From assembly GCA_963666565.1 (NCBI GenBank), contig OY762911.1, forward strand, positions 3,328,001 through 3,392,000: a DNA stretch of 64,000 bases, read 5' to 3'. The translations under genes were made by a program, and so were the position numbers. The DNA is from Thermoanaerobaculia bacterium (GTDB lineage Bacteria; Acidobacteriota; Thermoanaerobaculia; Multivoradales; Multivoraceae). Positions 37,634-47,970 of this stretch are shown here, one piece after another. Below the pieces are notes generated by a model that was given only the letters and a program-made list of their open reading frames with translations, did no database searches and was not told the DNA's origin. Within the stretch, counting starts at the first letter, position 1; each line of letters opens with the position of its first letter.

Positions 37634-38644
37634 TCAGTCCCGGTCGGTCTCGCGGAGCCGGCGCATCAGGTCGTCCGCGTCGCGGCAGGTGAACGCGAGC
37701 CGAATCACGCCCGCCGGATCGGACGAGGCCTCGAATCCGGCGAGCCACTGCGTCAACTCGTCGGACACCGGGATGCCGCGCGAGGCAAACGCCTCGACGA
37801 CCGCCGCGCGGACGATCTCCGCGGCTGCTTCGCTGGCGGCCTCTCCGCGCTCCAGTCGCAGGAACAGGTCGTCGTCCGGGCCGGTGCCCTCGGCGGCGCC
37901 CATCGCGCGGCCCACCCGGCGCAGGACGGAGACCGTCTCGGCGGAATCCTCCCGCTCGTTCAGGGAGCGGTGAATCTCCGCGGCCGTCCAGCCCGGAAAG
38001 GCCCGGCTCGCCGGCGACTCCAGGTACTCCCCGCCCTCCAGCAGCAGAATGCTCAGGCCGGGGCGGCGCCACCCGCGGGTCCGGGACGCATCGGGCACTT
38101 CGATCCACAACTCCGGGATGCCGAGCCCGGCGTAGTCCTCCAGCTTGCTCCGCCGGCCGCGCCGCCGCCGATGGCGCACGTTCGTCGTGTGATCGACCTC
38201 CAGAACGACGTCCGGAAACGGAGAGCCGGCGACTTCGATGTACTGACCGGCCGGCAGATCCCGCCCGGGGTGCAAGTAGATCGTCGCGTCGGCCTGCAGG
38301 TGGAACCTCTGACCCTCGTCGTTCCGCCAGACGATGTCGGTGGAAGCAGCCGAACCGATCAGCGAGCCACGCGCCTGGGCGACCAACCGGACGAGCTGGA
38401 CGAGCCGGGTCGCCGGCCCCTCGTGCTGAAAGGAGGTCTCGCGCAGGATCTGCGCCGTCTCCGTGAGCGAGTCCCAGCACTCGACGCGGCGCCCCTCGTT
38501 CTCCGGGTCGTAGTACTCCGCCTCCGTGATCTCTACGGTTTCGCAGCCCCAGTAGGCGCGGCGCCGTCCACCGACGAGCCCGCCGGAGGCGTCGCGATCC
38601 GTGAGGACGCTCGCGGCGCGGGCGGAGCTGATCGGGCCGTCCAT
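37634..38644 (-). CDS. Uma2 family PD-(D/E)XK endonuclease-like protein
   Basis: QADATIY, PDVVLEVD, KLEDYAGLGIPELWI and SRAFPGW motifs. Start uncertain; the longer ORF would overlap nqrA. Confidence 0.8.
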   Translation of the reverse strand: MDGPISSARAASVLTDRDASGGLVGGRRRAYWGCETVEITEAEYYDPENEGRRVECWDSLTETAQILRETSFQHEGPATRLVQLVRLVAQARGSLIGSAASTDIVWRNDEGQRFHLQADATIYLHPGRDLPAGQYIEVAGSPFPDVVLEVDHTTNVRHRRRRGRRSKLEDYAGLGIPELWIEVPDASRTRGWRRPGLSILLLEGGEYLESPASRAFPGWTAAEIHRSLNEREDSAETVSVLRRVGRAMGAAEGTGPDDDLFLRLERGEAASEAAAEIVRAAVVEAFASRGIPVSDELTQWLAGFEASSDPAGVIRLAFTCRDADDLMRRLRETDRD

Positions 38645-38789
38645 GAGCCGGACGCTATCAGGGCGAACGGCGCTCCGGGGCTCGCCTCCCATGTTGCCGA
38701 TCCCCCACCGTTGTGGAATAGTCCGCCGCAGGTCGAGCGACGCGTTCCCCGATTCGCCCTCGATTGCCGGAAACCACACGTCACGATCG

Positions 38790-40199
38790 ATGGCCACGCA
38801 CCGTTTCAGGCGGGGATTGAGCCTGCCGATCGCGGGGGCGCCCGAGCAGACGCTCGAGGACGCCGCGGCGCCGGCGGCGGTAGCCGTCAGCGCCGCCGAC
38901 TATCCCGGCATGAAGCCGGCGATGCACGTCGGGCCGGGCGACGCGGTGCGGCGCGGGCAACTGCTGTTCGAGGACCGCAAGCAGCCGGGTGTCCGCTTCA
39001 CCTCCCCCGCCGCGGGAACCGTGGCGGCGGTGAACCGCGGCGCCAAGCGGGCGCTGATCTCGGTCGTCGTGCGGGTGGATCCGTCCGACCAGGCGGGATC
39101 GAGCGGCGCGGGCGTCGGCTTCGCCAGCTACACGGGAAGGCACCCGAGCGCGCTCTCCCGCGAGGACGTGCAGGCGCTGCTGGTGGACTCCGGGGACTGG
39201 GCGGCGCTCCGCGCGCGCCCCTTCGGGCGCACCGCGGCGCCCGGTGCCGTGCCGAAGTCGATCTTCGTCACCGCGATGAACACGGAACCGTTCGCGCCCG
39301 ACGCCGACCGGATCGTCGAAGGCCGGACGGGCGACCTGGAGCGAGGCCTCGCCGCCCTCGCCCGGCTGACGGACGGTCCCGTCTACCTCTGCCGCGCGCC
39401 GGGGACGCTTTCCGGCATCGAGACGAGCGAGCCGGTGCGAGTCGAGGAGTTCGCGGGTCCGCACCCCGCCGGCGCCGCCGGTCTGCACATCCACACCCTC
39501 GACCCGGTCGACCGCGGCAAGCTGGTCTGGCAAGTCGGGCTCCAGGACACCCTGGCGATCGGCCGCCTGTTCGAGACCGGCGAGCCGGACGTCCGGCGCA
39601 TCGTCGCCCTGGCCGGCCCGCCGGTCGGGAGACCCAGACTCCTGCGCACGCGGCTCGGCGCCTCGCTGGCCGACGTCGTCCGGGGCGAGATCGGCAGCGG
39701 CGCGGAAGCCGCCCCGGAAGGCGCGGCGCGCGTCGTCACCGGCTCGCCGCTTGCCGGGCGCACCGCGATCGGCGAAGGCGCCCAGGCGGAACTGCACGGC
39801 TACCTCGGCCGCTTCCACGAAACCGTCTCGGTGCTCGACGACGACCGCGAGCGCCGATTCCTGGGCTGGCTCGCTCCCGGCTTCGGCGCCTTCTCGCGCG
39901 CCCGCGCCTTCGCCTCGTCCCTGCTTCCCCGGAAGTCGTTCGCGATGACCACGACGACGCACGGGTCGGCCCGCGCCATCGTGCCCATCGGCCTGTACGA
40001 GAGCGTCTTCCCGTGGGACCTGCAGCCGACCTTCCTGCTCAAGTCCCTGGTCGCCGGCGACATCGAGCGGGCCGAGGAACTCGGCTGCCTGGAACTGCTG
40101 GAGGAAGACCTGGCGCTCTGCACCTTCGTCTGCCCCGGCAAGACGGAGTACGGACCGTACCTGCGCGACGCGCTCGAACTGATCGAGAAGGAAGGCTGA
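38790..40199 (+). CDS. nqrA: Na+-translocating NADH-quinone reductase subunit A
   Basis: [17 protein letters not shown] and [21 protein letters not shown] motifs. Confidence 0.96.
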   Translation: MATHRFRRGLSLPIAGAPEQTLEDAAAPAAVAVSAADYPGMKPAMHVGPGDAVRRGQLLFEDRKQPGVRFTSPAAGTVAAVNRGAKRALISVVVRVDPSDQAGSSGAGVGFASYTGRHPSALSREDVQALLVDSGDWAALRARPFGRTAAPGAVPKSIFVTAMNTEPFAPDADRIVEGRTGDLERGLAALARLTDGPVYLCRAPGTLSGIETSEPVRVEEFAGPHPAGAAGLHIHTLDPVDRGKLVWQVGLQDTLAIGRLFETGEPDVRRIVALAGPPVGRPRLLRTRLGASLADVVRGEIGSGAEAAPEGAARVVTGSPLAGRTAIGEGAQAELHGYLGRFHETVSVLDDDRERRFLGWLAPGFGAFSRARAFASSLLPRKSFAMTTTTHGSARAIVPIGLYESVFPWDLQPTFLLKSLVAGDIERAEELGCLELLEEDLALCTFVCPGKTEYGPYLRDALELIEKEG

Positions 40200-40209
40200 G
40201 CGGCTCGCC

Positions 40210-41463
40210 ATGAAGCTGCTGCGCCGCATTCTCGACAAGCAGGCCCGCCACTTCGAGCCGGGCGGCCGCTTCGAGCGCTTCTACCCGCTGTACGAGGCGC
40301 CGGACACCTTCCTGTACACGCCCGGCAAGACGACGGCCGGCGCCGCGCACGTGCGCGACGCGCTGGACCTGAAGCGCCTGATGATGACGGTCGTCGTGGC
40401 GCTCGTGCCCTGCGTCCTGATGGCGATGTGGAACACGGGCCGCCAGATCCACGTCGCGATCGCCGGCGGCGCGGCGCCGCTCCCGAACTGGCGCACCGAC
40501 GCGATGGAGACGCTGGGGCTCTCCTTCGACGCCTCCAGCCTGCTCGCCAACTCGGTCCACGGCGCGCTCTACTACCTGCCGGTCCTGATCGTGACCTTCG
40601 CCGTCGGCGGCGCCTGGGAGGGGCTGTTCGCGGTCGTCCGCAAGCACGACATCAACGAGGGCTTCCTGGTCACCGGCATGCTCTTCCCCCTGGTGCTGCC
40701 GCCGACCATCCCGCTGTGGCAGGTCGCGATCGGCATCACCTTCGGCGTCGTCGTCGGCAAGGAGATCTTCGGCGGCACCGGCTACAACGTCCTGAACCCG
40801 GCGCTCACGGCGCGGGTCTTCCTGTTCTTCGCCTATCCGGCGCAGATCTCGGGCGACGCGGTGTGGATTGCTGCCCGCACGTCGGCCGACGGCTACAGCG
40901 GCGCCACCGCGCTCGGCGAGATCGCGGTGCTCGAGGCCGTCGAGGGTTCGAGCGCCCCGCTCGACGGGCTGAGCGCCATCGAGGGCAAGGTCTCCTGGAT
41001 GCAGGCCTTCCTGGGCGACATTCCGGGGTCGATGGGCGAGACCTCCGCGCTGGCCTGCCTGATCGGCGCCGCGATCCTCATCGCGACCGGCATCGGCTCC
41101 TGGCGGATCATGGTCGCGGCGACGGCCGGCACGGCGGCGATCTCTCTGCTGCTCAACCTGATCGCCTCGCCGACGAACGCGATGCTCTCGGTCCCCTTCC
41201 ACTGGCACCTCGTGCTGGGCGGCTGGGCCTTCGGCATCGTCTTCATGGCCACGGATCCGGTGAGCGCCGCGCAGACGAACCGGGGACGCTACGTCTACGG
41301 CTTCCTCGTCGGCGTGCTCGCCGTTCTGATCCGCACCGTCAACCCCGCCTTCCCGGAAGGCGTGATGCTCGGCATCCTGTTCATGAACCTGTTCGCGCCC
41401 CTGATCGACCACTACGTGCTGAAGGCGAACATCAAGCGCCGCCAGACGCGGTACGCTCAGTAG
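40210..41463 (+). CDS. nqrB: Na+-NQR subunit B
   Basis: [24 protein letters not shown] (FMN-bearing Thr) and FMATDPVS motifs. Confidence 0.97.
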   Translation: MKLLRRILDKQARHFEPGGRFERFYPLYEAPDTFLYTPGKTTAGAAHVRDALDLKRLMMTVVVALVPCVLMAMWNTGRQIHVAIAGGAAPLPNWRTDAMETLGLSFDASSLLANSVHGALYYLPVLIVTFAVGGAWEGLFAVVRKHDINEGFLVTGMLFPLVLPPTIPLWQVAIGITFGVVVGKEIFGGTGYNVLNPALTARVFLFFAYPAQISGDAVWIAARTSADGYSGATALGEIAVLEAVEGSSAPLDGLSAIEGKVSWMQAFLGDIPGSMGETSALACLIGAAILIATGIGSWRIMVAATAGTAAISLLLNLIASPTNAMLSVPFHWHLVLGGWAFGIVFMATDPVSAAQTNRGRYVYGFLVGVLAVLIRTVNPAFPEGVMLGILFMNLFAPLIDHYVLKANIKRRQTRYAQ

Positions 41464-41474
41464 CGGAGTTCCCA

Positions 41475-42254
41475 ATGGCAGACCGACAGGCCACCGGCTA
41501 CACCCTCCTGTTCGCGACCGCGATCTGCATCGTGTGCGGGATCCTCGTGTCCTCCTTCGCGGTCAGCCTGGAGGATCTCCAGGACGACAACATCGCCCTC
41601 GACAAGCAGAAGCGAGTGCTGGAGGCGGTGGGCCTGCTCCAGCCCGGCGAACCGATCGACGAGGCGGAGGTCGCCGAGCGCTTCGAGCCGATCGAGCCCG
41701 TGCTCATCGAGCTCGGTTCGGGCGAACCGGTGGAAGGCGACACGGCGACCTTCGACCAGCAGCGCCGCGCCCGGGATCCGGCCACCAGCGCCGAAGCCCC
41801 CGACAACCTGGCCCGGGTCAAGCGCATTCCCGATCGGGCACTGCTCTACGAGGTGCGCGGCGACGGCGGCGAGATCGAGATGGTCGTGCTGCCGATCGAA
41901 GGCCTGGGGCTCTGGGGCACGCTCTACGGATTCCTGGCGCTCGACGCCGACACGACGACCGTGCGCGGCATCACCTACTACCAGCACAAGGAGACGCCGG
42001 GCCTGGGCGGCGAGGTGGACAACCCGCGCTGGAAGGACCGGTGGCCCGGCCGCCGCGCCTTCGACGAAGACGGCGAGGTTCGCCTGGCGGTGATCAAGGG
42101 CTTTGCCGGCAGCGCCGAGGAGGACCCCCACGAGGTCGACGGTCTCGCCGGCGCGACGATCACCAGCAACGGGGTGACGAACATGCTCGATTTCTGGCTC
42201 GGCGAGAACGGCTTCGAGCCCTACCTCAACCGGATCCGCGCGGAGGCCCGCTGA
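41475..42254 (+). CDS. nqrC: Na+-NQR subunit C
   Basis: [13 protein letters not shown] and GATITSNGV (FMN-bearing Thr) motifs. Confidence 0.96.
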   Translation: MADRQATGYTLLFATAICIVCGILVSSFAVSLEDLQDDNIALDKQKRVLEAVGLLQPGEPIDEAEVAERFEPIEPVLIELGSGEPVEGDTATFDQQRRARDPATSAEAPDNLARVKRIPDRALLYEVRGDGGEIEMVVLPIEGLGLWGTLYGFLALDADTTTVRGITYYQHKETPGLGGEVDNPRWKDRWPGRRAFDEDGEVRLAVIKGFAGSAEEDPHEVDGLAGATITSNGVTNMLDFWLGENGFEPYLNRIRAEAR

Positions 42255-42880
42255 TGGCTGTCAAGAAGAGCGAAGCGGCGCTCGACCCCCTCTTCAACAA
42301 CAACCCGATCGCGCTCCAGGTGCTGGGCATCTGCTCGGCGCTGGCGGTGACCACGAAGATGGAGACGTCGGTCGTCATGTGCGCGGCCGTCATCGGCGTG
42401 CTTACCCTGTCCAACCTGACGATCAGCCTCCTCAGGCACCAGATCCCGAACAGCATCCGGATCATCGTCCAGTTGACGGTCATCGCGTCCCTGGTCATCG
42501 TCACCGACCAGATCCTCAAGGCGTACGTGTTCGAGATCAGCAAGCAGCTCTCCGTGTTCGTCGGGCTGATCATCACGAACTGCATCATCATGGGGCGGGC
42601 CGAAGCGTTCGCGATGCAGAACCCGCCCTCCCTGGCCATCCTCGACGGCATCGGCAACGGCATCGGCTACAGCGCGATCCTGATGGTCACGGCGTTCCTT
42701 CGCGAGCTGTTCGGTTCCGGCAAGCTCTACGGCTACAGCGTGCTGCCCACGGTCTCGGAAGGCGGCTGGTACCTGCCGAACGGCCTGATGCTGCTGTCTC
42801 CCGCGGCCTTCTTCATCATCGGCGGACTGATCTGGGCACTGCGCGTGTACAAGCCCGCCCAGGTCGAGATGGACGGCTAG
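42254..42880 (+). CDS. nqrD: Na+-NQR subunit D
   Basis: [10 protein letters not shown] and [17 protein letters not shown] motifs. Confidence 0.97.
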   Translation: MAVKKSEAALDPLFNNNPIALQVLGICSALAVTTKMETSVVMCAAVIGVLTLSNLTISLLRHQIPNSIRIIVQLTVIASLVIVTDQILKAYVFEISKQLSVFVGLIITNCIIMGRAEAFAMQNPPSLAILDGIGNGIGYSAILMVTAFLRELFGSGKLYGYSVLPTVSEGGWYLPNGLMLLSPAAFFIIGGLIWALRVYKPAQVEMDG

Positions 42881-42981
42881 GAGGGAACGCCGCCATGCGC
42901 GCGCAACGACGCCTTCCCCACCCGGCGAGTGCAACCGTGCTCCCGGTTCGGATCGAGACGGACCGCTAGGAGGCCCGGACG

Positions 42982-43599
42982 ATGTTCGAGGAATACCTGA
43001 ACCTGGCCGTCAAGGCCATCTTCGTCGAGAACATGGCGCTGACCTTCTTCCTGGGCATGTGCTCGTTCCTGGCGGTGTCGAAGAAGGTGGAGACCGCGGT
43101 CGGCCTCGGCCTGGCGGTCATCTTCGTGCTCACCGTGACCGTGCCGGCGAACAACCTGATCCAGACGCATCTCCTGAACGAGGGCGCCCTCGCCTGGATC
43201 AGCCCGGAGTTCGCCGGCGTCGATCTGACCTTCCTGAACCTGCTCTGCTTCATCGGCACGATCGCCGCGATGGTCCAGCTCGTGGAGATGACGACCGACC
43301 GCTTCTTCCCGGCGCTTCACGCCACGCTGGGCATCTTCCTGCCGCTGATCGCGGTCAACTGCGCGATCCTCGGCGGGTCCCTGTTCATGGTCGAGCGCGA
43401 CTACGGCTTCGGCGAGAGCGTGGTCTTCGGCCTGGGTTCCGGCATCGGCTGGTTTCTGGCGATCGTCGCCCTGGCGTCCATCCGTGAGCGCCTGCGCTAC
43501 AGCAACGTGCCCCACGGCCTGCGCGGTCTGGGCATGACCTTCGTCATCACCGGACTCATGGCGTTCGGCTTCATGGCCTTCGGGGGAATCCAGTTGTGA
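42982..43599 (+). CDS. nqrE: Na+-NQR subunit E
   Basis: [13 protein letters not shown] and [10 protein letters not shown] motifs. Confidence 0.97.
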   Translation: MFEEYLNLAVKAIFVENMALTFFLGMCSFLAVSKKVETAVGLGLAVIFVLTVTVPANNLIQTHLLNEGALAWISPEFAGVDLTFLNLLCFIGTIAAMVQLVEMTTDRFFPALHATLGIFLPLIAVNCAILGGSLFMVERDYGFGESVVFGLGSGIGWFLAIVALASIRERLRYSNVPHGLRGLGMTFVITGLMAFGFMAFGGIQL

Positions 43600-44813
43600 T
43601 CACCGTCGTCCTCGGGGTGGCGATGTTCACCGTGGTCATCCTCGCCCTGGTCACGATCCTGATGCAGGCCAAGGCCCGGCTCGTCGCCGGCGGCGAGGTG
43701 TCGATCCTCATCAACGAGGAGAAGACGCTGACCGCCGCCACCGGCGGCACCCTGCTCGGCACGCTCGCCGAGCACCGGATCTTCATTCCCTCGGCCTGCG
43801 GCGGCCAGGGCACCTGCGGCGTCTGCACCGTCGACGTCTTCGAGGGCGGCGGCGCCATGCTGCCGACCGAGAAGACCCACGTCAGCCGCCGCGAGGCGCG
43901 CGAGGGCTGCCGCCTGAGCTGCCAGGTGAAGATCAAGGAGGACATGAAGATCGGCATCCCGGCCGAGGTCTTCGGGGTCAAGAAGTGGCAGTGCAAGGTC
44001 CGCTCGAACGAGAACGTCGCCACCTTCATCAAGGAGCTCGTGCTGGAACTACCCGAAGGCGAGGAGGTGCCATTCCGCGCCGGCGGCTACATCCAGATCG
44101 AGTCTCCGCCGCACGTCGTGAACTACAGCGACTTCGCGATCGAGGACGAGTACCACGACGACTGGGACCGCTTCAAGCTCTGGAAGCTCGTCTCGAAGGT
44201 CGACGAGACGGTGGTCCGCGCCTACTCGATGGCGAACTACCCCGACGAGAAGGGCGTCATCATGCTGAACGTCCGCGTGGCGACGCCGCCGCCCCGCCAG
44301 ATGGACCTGCCGCCCGGTCAGATGTCCTCCTACATCTTCGACCTGAAGCCCGGCGACGACGTGACGATCGCCGGCCCCTTCGGCGAGTTCTTCGCCAAGG
44401 ACACGGACGCCGAGATGGTGTTCGTCGGCGGCGGCGCCGGCATGGCGCCCATGCGCTCCCACATCTTCGACCAGTTCCGCCGCATCCACACGGACCGCAA
44501 GGTGTCCTTCTGGTACGGCGCCCGCTCCTACCGCGAGGCGTTCTACATCGACCACTTCGACCGGATCGCCGAAGAGAACCCGAACTTCACATGGCACCTT
44601 GCTCTCTCCGACCCGCTTGAGGAAGACAGCTGGGACGGCTACACCGGCTTCATCCACCAGGTCCTGTACGACAACTACCTGAAGGACCACCCCGCCCCGG
44701 AAGACGTCGAGTACTACCTCTGCGGACCGCCACTCATGCTCCAGGCCTGCATGAAGATGCTCGACGACCTGGGAGTCGAGCCTGAGAACATCGCCTTCGA
44801 CGACTTCGGCTAG
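43596..44813 (+). CDS. nqrF: Na+-NQR subunit F
   Basis: 2Fe-2S motif [10 protein letters not shown]...RLSC; [18 protein letters not shown], terminal DDFG. Confidence 0.98.
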   Translation: MITVVLGVAMFTVVILALVTILMQAKARLVAGGEVSILINEEKTLTAATGGTLLGTLAEHRIFIPSACGGQGTCGVCTVDVFEGGGAMLPTEKTHVSRREAREGCRLSCQVKIKEDMKIGIPAEVFGVKKWQCKVRSNENVATFIKELVLELPEGEEVPFRAGGYIQIESPPHVVNYSDFAIEDEYHDDWDRFKLWKLVSKVDETVVRAYSMANYPDEKGVIMLNVRVATPPPRQMDLPPGQMSSYIFDLKPGDDVTIAGPFGEFFAKDTDAEMVFVGGGAGMAPMRSHIFDQFRRIHTDRKVSFWYGARSYREAFYIDHFDRIAEENPNFTWHLALSDPLEEDSWDGYTGFIHQVLYDNYLKDHPAPEDVEYYLCGPPLMLQACMKMLDDLGVEPENIAFDDFG

Positions 44814-44831
44814 GCCGTTGCGGCCGTACCC

Positions 44832-45006
44832 GCCTGGCGCGGGTCGGGGGGAGGGGTCCCTGGCGCCGCTCACGCTTGGTCGGAAGATGGTAGGGGGTGC
44901 GCTCGCTTCACTCCGCTCGCTCCGGTCAGACGTCGGTTGCCGGAAGGCTCTTGGCCGTCGCTCGCTCCGAGCCGCCAGTGCCCCCTCCCCCCGACCCGCG
45001 CCAGGC
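44832..45006. repeat. MITE/REP-like palindromic element
   Basis: 25-bp perfect terminal inverted repeat GCCTGGCGCGGGTCGGGGGGAGGGG, extending to about 36 bp with mismatches. Confidence 0.8.
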
Positions 45007-45198
45007 TGGACGGCGTCGAGCCGCGAGACCTCCCGCGAGGACATCCGCGAGGGGCTGGTCGCGATCGTCTCGGTCAAGGTGCGGGATCCGAAGTTCTCCA
45101 GCCAGACCACCACTGCGTCCGGCGAGGGGTCGGCTTCGGCGCATTGCCGGAGACGGAAGCGCGCTGCCGGCCGTGCTCGAGTTCGCCCTGCTCAGTGG

Positions 45199-46254
45199 AT
45201 GCCGCTTCTGCTGGTCGTTGCCTGTTTGGCAGTCGCTTGTGGGCGGGCGCCCGACGAGGTGCTGGTGCAGGGGCCCACGATGGGCACGTACTACCGGGTT
45301 CGGGCGATCGCGGACGCCGGCGAGATCGAGGCGATCCGGGACTTGGCCGAGGAACGTCTCGCCGGGGTCGACCGCGCGATGTCGACCTACCGGGACGACT
45401 CGGAGATCTCCCGCTTCAATCGGCTAGCCGGCGACGAGTCCATGGTCTTTTCCGAGGAGACGTGGGCCGTTCTCGAACTGGCCTGGCGGGTGCGGGAAGA
45501 GAGCGGCGGAGCGTTCGATCCGACGGTCGGTCCCCTGGTCGACGCTTGGGGTTTCGGCGCTCCGGGACGTGGTCCGGCACCGATTCCGGTGGCTGACGAT
45601 CGTCTGGCCGAGTTGAGAAGGGCGATCGGCGCCATCGAACTGCTGGACAACCGGCGGGTGCTCAAGATCGAGGACGGAGCGGCTCTCGACCTGTCGGCGA
45701 TAGCCAAGGGCTGGGCCGTGGACCGCGTTTCCGAGGCGCTTCTCGCAGCCGGCTACGCCGATCACCTGGTGGAGGTCGGCGGCGAGGTGCGCACGGCCGG
45801 CCGAAGTCCCGCGGGCGACCCGTGGCGAATCGCGATCGAGCGGCCGCCGGATCGGGCGGCGGATCCTGGGCAGGGCGCTCCCGAACCGGCGACGGAGGAC
45901 GTCGCGCCGGCGGGTCTGCAGCGGGTGCTGGAGTTCACCGACGGCGCCCTGGCCACGTCCGGCGACTACCGGAACTACTGGGAACGCGACGGCGTGCGCT
46001 ACTCGCACACGATCGATCCCCGGACCGGCCGGCCGGTGGAACACGCCCTGGCGTCGGCCAGCGTGTTTCACGCCAGTTGCGCCGTCGCGGACGCCTACGC
46101 CACGGCGCTCATGGTCCTGGGCCCCGAGGACGGGCTGCGCTGGGCGGACGACAACGGCATTGCCGCGCTGCTACTCGTGTACCGCGGGGACTCGCTGGGG
46201 GAGCTACCGAGCGCGGCGTTCCGCGACCGCTTTGGGGTCGTCGAACAGCCCTGA
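45199..46254 (+). CDS. apbE: FAD:protein FMN transferase ApbE (lipoprotein)
   Basis: Lipobox AVAC; TMGT, DLSAIAKGW, ATSGDYRNY, HTIDPRTG and ADAYATA motifs. Confidence 0.95.
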   Translation: MPLLLVVACLAVACGRAPDEVLVQGPTMGTYYRVRAIADAGEIEAIRDLAEERLAGVDRAMSTYRDDSEISRFNRLAGDESMVFSEETWAVLELAWRVREESGGAFDPTVGPLVDAWGFGAPGRGPAPIPVADDRLAELRRAIGAIELLDNRRVLKIEDGAALDLSAIAKGWAVDRVSEALLAAGYADHLVEVGGEVRTAGRSPAGDPWRIAIERPPDRAADPGQGAPEPATEDVAPAGLQRVLEFTDGALATSGDYRNYWERDGVRYSHTIDPRTGRPVEHALASASVFHASCAVADAYATALMVLGPEDGLRWADDNGIAALLLVYRGDSLGELPSAAFRDRFGVVEQP

Positions 46255-46345
46255 GTCGGCCGCGTCCGGGCGAGTCGCACGATCTCTACGCTTCATCGCG
46301 ACTGCCTCGCCCGGTGGCGGCAGCACGGGCGCTGCCGTTCCGGAT

Positions 46346-46561
46346 CTAGACGGCCACCGGCGTCAGGGTGAACACGCGTGCAATCCCAGACGCTCCCTTC
46401 AGGTCGCCCCGACGAAGAGCCTGCCGCACCTCGTCGAGGCGGTAGGCGTCCTTCAGGCTGAGATGGGGCGACCACTCCTCGGGTTCGTCCAGTAGCTCCA
46501 CGTCCACCTCGGCGACGTACTTGCCTTCGTGAACGAGCTTCGTGCGTCTGGTGCGGTTCAT
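46346..46561 (-). CDS. Small protein coupled to DUF4258 (putative antitoxin/partner)
   Basis: 71 aa, MNRTRRTKLVHEGKYVAEVDVEL...; ATGA overlap with the DUF4258 gene. Confidence 0.7.
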   Translation of the reverse strand: MNRTRRTKLVHEGKYVAEVDVELLDEPEEWSPHLSLKDAYRLDEVRQALRRGDLKGASGIARVFTLTPVAV

Positions 46562-46881
46562 GTCAATCTCCGCCGGAAACCCGGTGTCCACCTCGCGACG
46601 TCGGGTAAGTATGCCGTAATCAGGACGGCGGGCGCTACTTGGCCTGCGGGAATGCCCCACACGGCGTGGACGGGACGTCCGTCTCTCGTTCTTTGGAGCA
46701 GTAGAACGCACGGCCCCTTGGGATAGTCGGGGTAGTCCTCAACCAACTCCGCCTCGGCGGCTCCTTCGACGATCTCGCGGACAAGCAGCCCATCGGCCGC
46801 GAGCTCGTCGTAGCCGTGCTCCGAGATCCTCACGTTGCCAGCCGATACGAGGGACCTGATGCGGTCGAACGTGCCAGTCAC
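46558..46881 (-). CDS. DUF4258 domain protein (putative toxin)
   Basis: ISEHGYDEL, VEDYPD, PVHAVW and LITAYLPD...W pattern. Confidence 0.85.
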   Translation of the reverse strand: MTGTFDRIRSLVSAGNVRISEHGYDELAADGLLVREIVEGAAEAELVEDYPDYPKGPCVLLLQRTRDGRPVHAVWGIPAGQVAPAVLITAYLPDVARWTPGFRRRLT

Positions 46882-46884
46882 GCC

Positions 46885-47096
46885 TCATTCTCCGTCGGTT
46901 CCCTGTCCTTGACTACCGCTGGTGCGATGGTGTTGCGGGCGCCATTGGGCACGTCCGTAACTCTCTTCCGTGACGCCGTGGGTCTCGCTCATCTCCTCGA
47001 GCACGGTGCGGTTGAGAGAAGGCCCCGCCAGCTCCTCTCCCTATCGAGAGCCGCCGCCAGATCCGGCGTCACGTTGCGGATGGTCATCGTCTTCAT
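46885..47096 (-). pseudogene. Frameshifted ribbon-helix-helix (FitA-like) antitoxin/regulator
   Basis: MKTMTIRNVTPDLAAALDRE...RG continues as SLNRTVLEEM in the -1 frame at about 47019; that frame stops at 46885, 3 bp before the DUF4258 start. Confidence 0.65.
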
Positions 47097-47153
47097 CGAG
47101 CTTCTCTTGCAGCGCAGCCACCGAACGCAGTCTATGCCCTCACGGCGTTGACT

Positions 47154-47765
47154 GCTGCCGCCGAAGGCGCCCTCCAGCATCGTCGCCGGCCCTTCCGCCG
47201 GGTGCGCGGGTCTTCCGACCCGCTGCCGCCGAAGGCGGCCTCAAACATCGTCGCCGGCCTCCGGCCGGCGGCCTTGTTGTCCGGGCTGCGCCGCTTCGCG
47301 GTTTCGCCCCGGGGGCGGGTCAGAAGACCCGCGCACCCAGCGGCCCGCGTACCCAGGCACCCAGCCGGCGTCAAGCCCGGAGGGGGAGCGGAGGGAGGGT
47401 CCCAGCGGGCTGGAGGCAAGCGACGCCCACCACAGCCCAGTCTGCGACGGGAGTTCGGGGGGAGGGTCCCGGCGGGCTGAAGACAAGCGACTGCCAATGA
47501 CCTTCCATCGACCAACGGCGCGGCGGAGCGCAGTCGACCGAAGCGAACCCCTACCCCACCATTTCTCCGGGAGGGGGTGAGCGTCCGACGGGACCCTCCC
47601 CCCGGACTCCCAAGCGGACGGCCTGATCCGACGGGGACCCAACGCCGCCGCTGGGACCCTCCCTCCGCTCCCCGTCCGGGCGGCAACGACCGCCGGCGGC
47701 CTCTTTACGGGCTGCGCCACTCCGCGGCTTCGCCCGTGGGCGGGTCAGAAGACCCGCGCACCCAG
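47154..47765. repeat. Composite repeat locus: tandem REP units, direct repeats and a nested palindrome
   Basis: Tandem units at 47154 and 47222; direct repeats at about 47263-47340 and 47692-47765; 34-bp inverted repeat 47375-47408/47648-47681; inner 27-bp inverted repeat at about 47449-47475/47585-47611. Confidence 0.85.
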
Positions 47766-47787
47766 TCGATAGACTTGCCGTCGAGCC

Positions 47788-47970
47788 ATGGCGATCCTGT
47801 TCCTCACGATTACCGTCATCGCCGTCTCGCTGATCCTCATGGCCACCGGCGTTCTGCTCAGCGGCCGCTGCCTGCGCGGCTCCTGCGGCGGGCCGGACGT
47901 GCTCGGCCCGGACGGAGAGCCCCTCAACTGCTCGAACTGTCCGCTGCGACGCGCGCGGGAGGAGACCTGA
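47788..47970 (+). CDS. nqrM: Na+-NQR maturation factor NqrM
   Basis: 60 aa; one TM helix followed by LRGSCGG...CSNC; located after apbE. Confidence 0.88.
   Translation: MAILFLTITVIAVSLILMATGVLLSGRCLRGSCGGPDVLGPDGEPLNCSNCPLRRAREET

Noticed and set aside
38644-38797. Uma2 start at 38797
   Set aside because: It would overlap the nqrA start head-to-head and remove promoter space.
47154-47765. Possible CRISPR array
   Set aside because: Repeats are irregularly spaced, in both orientations and degenerate; there are no unique equal-length spacers and no cas genes.
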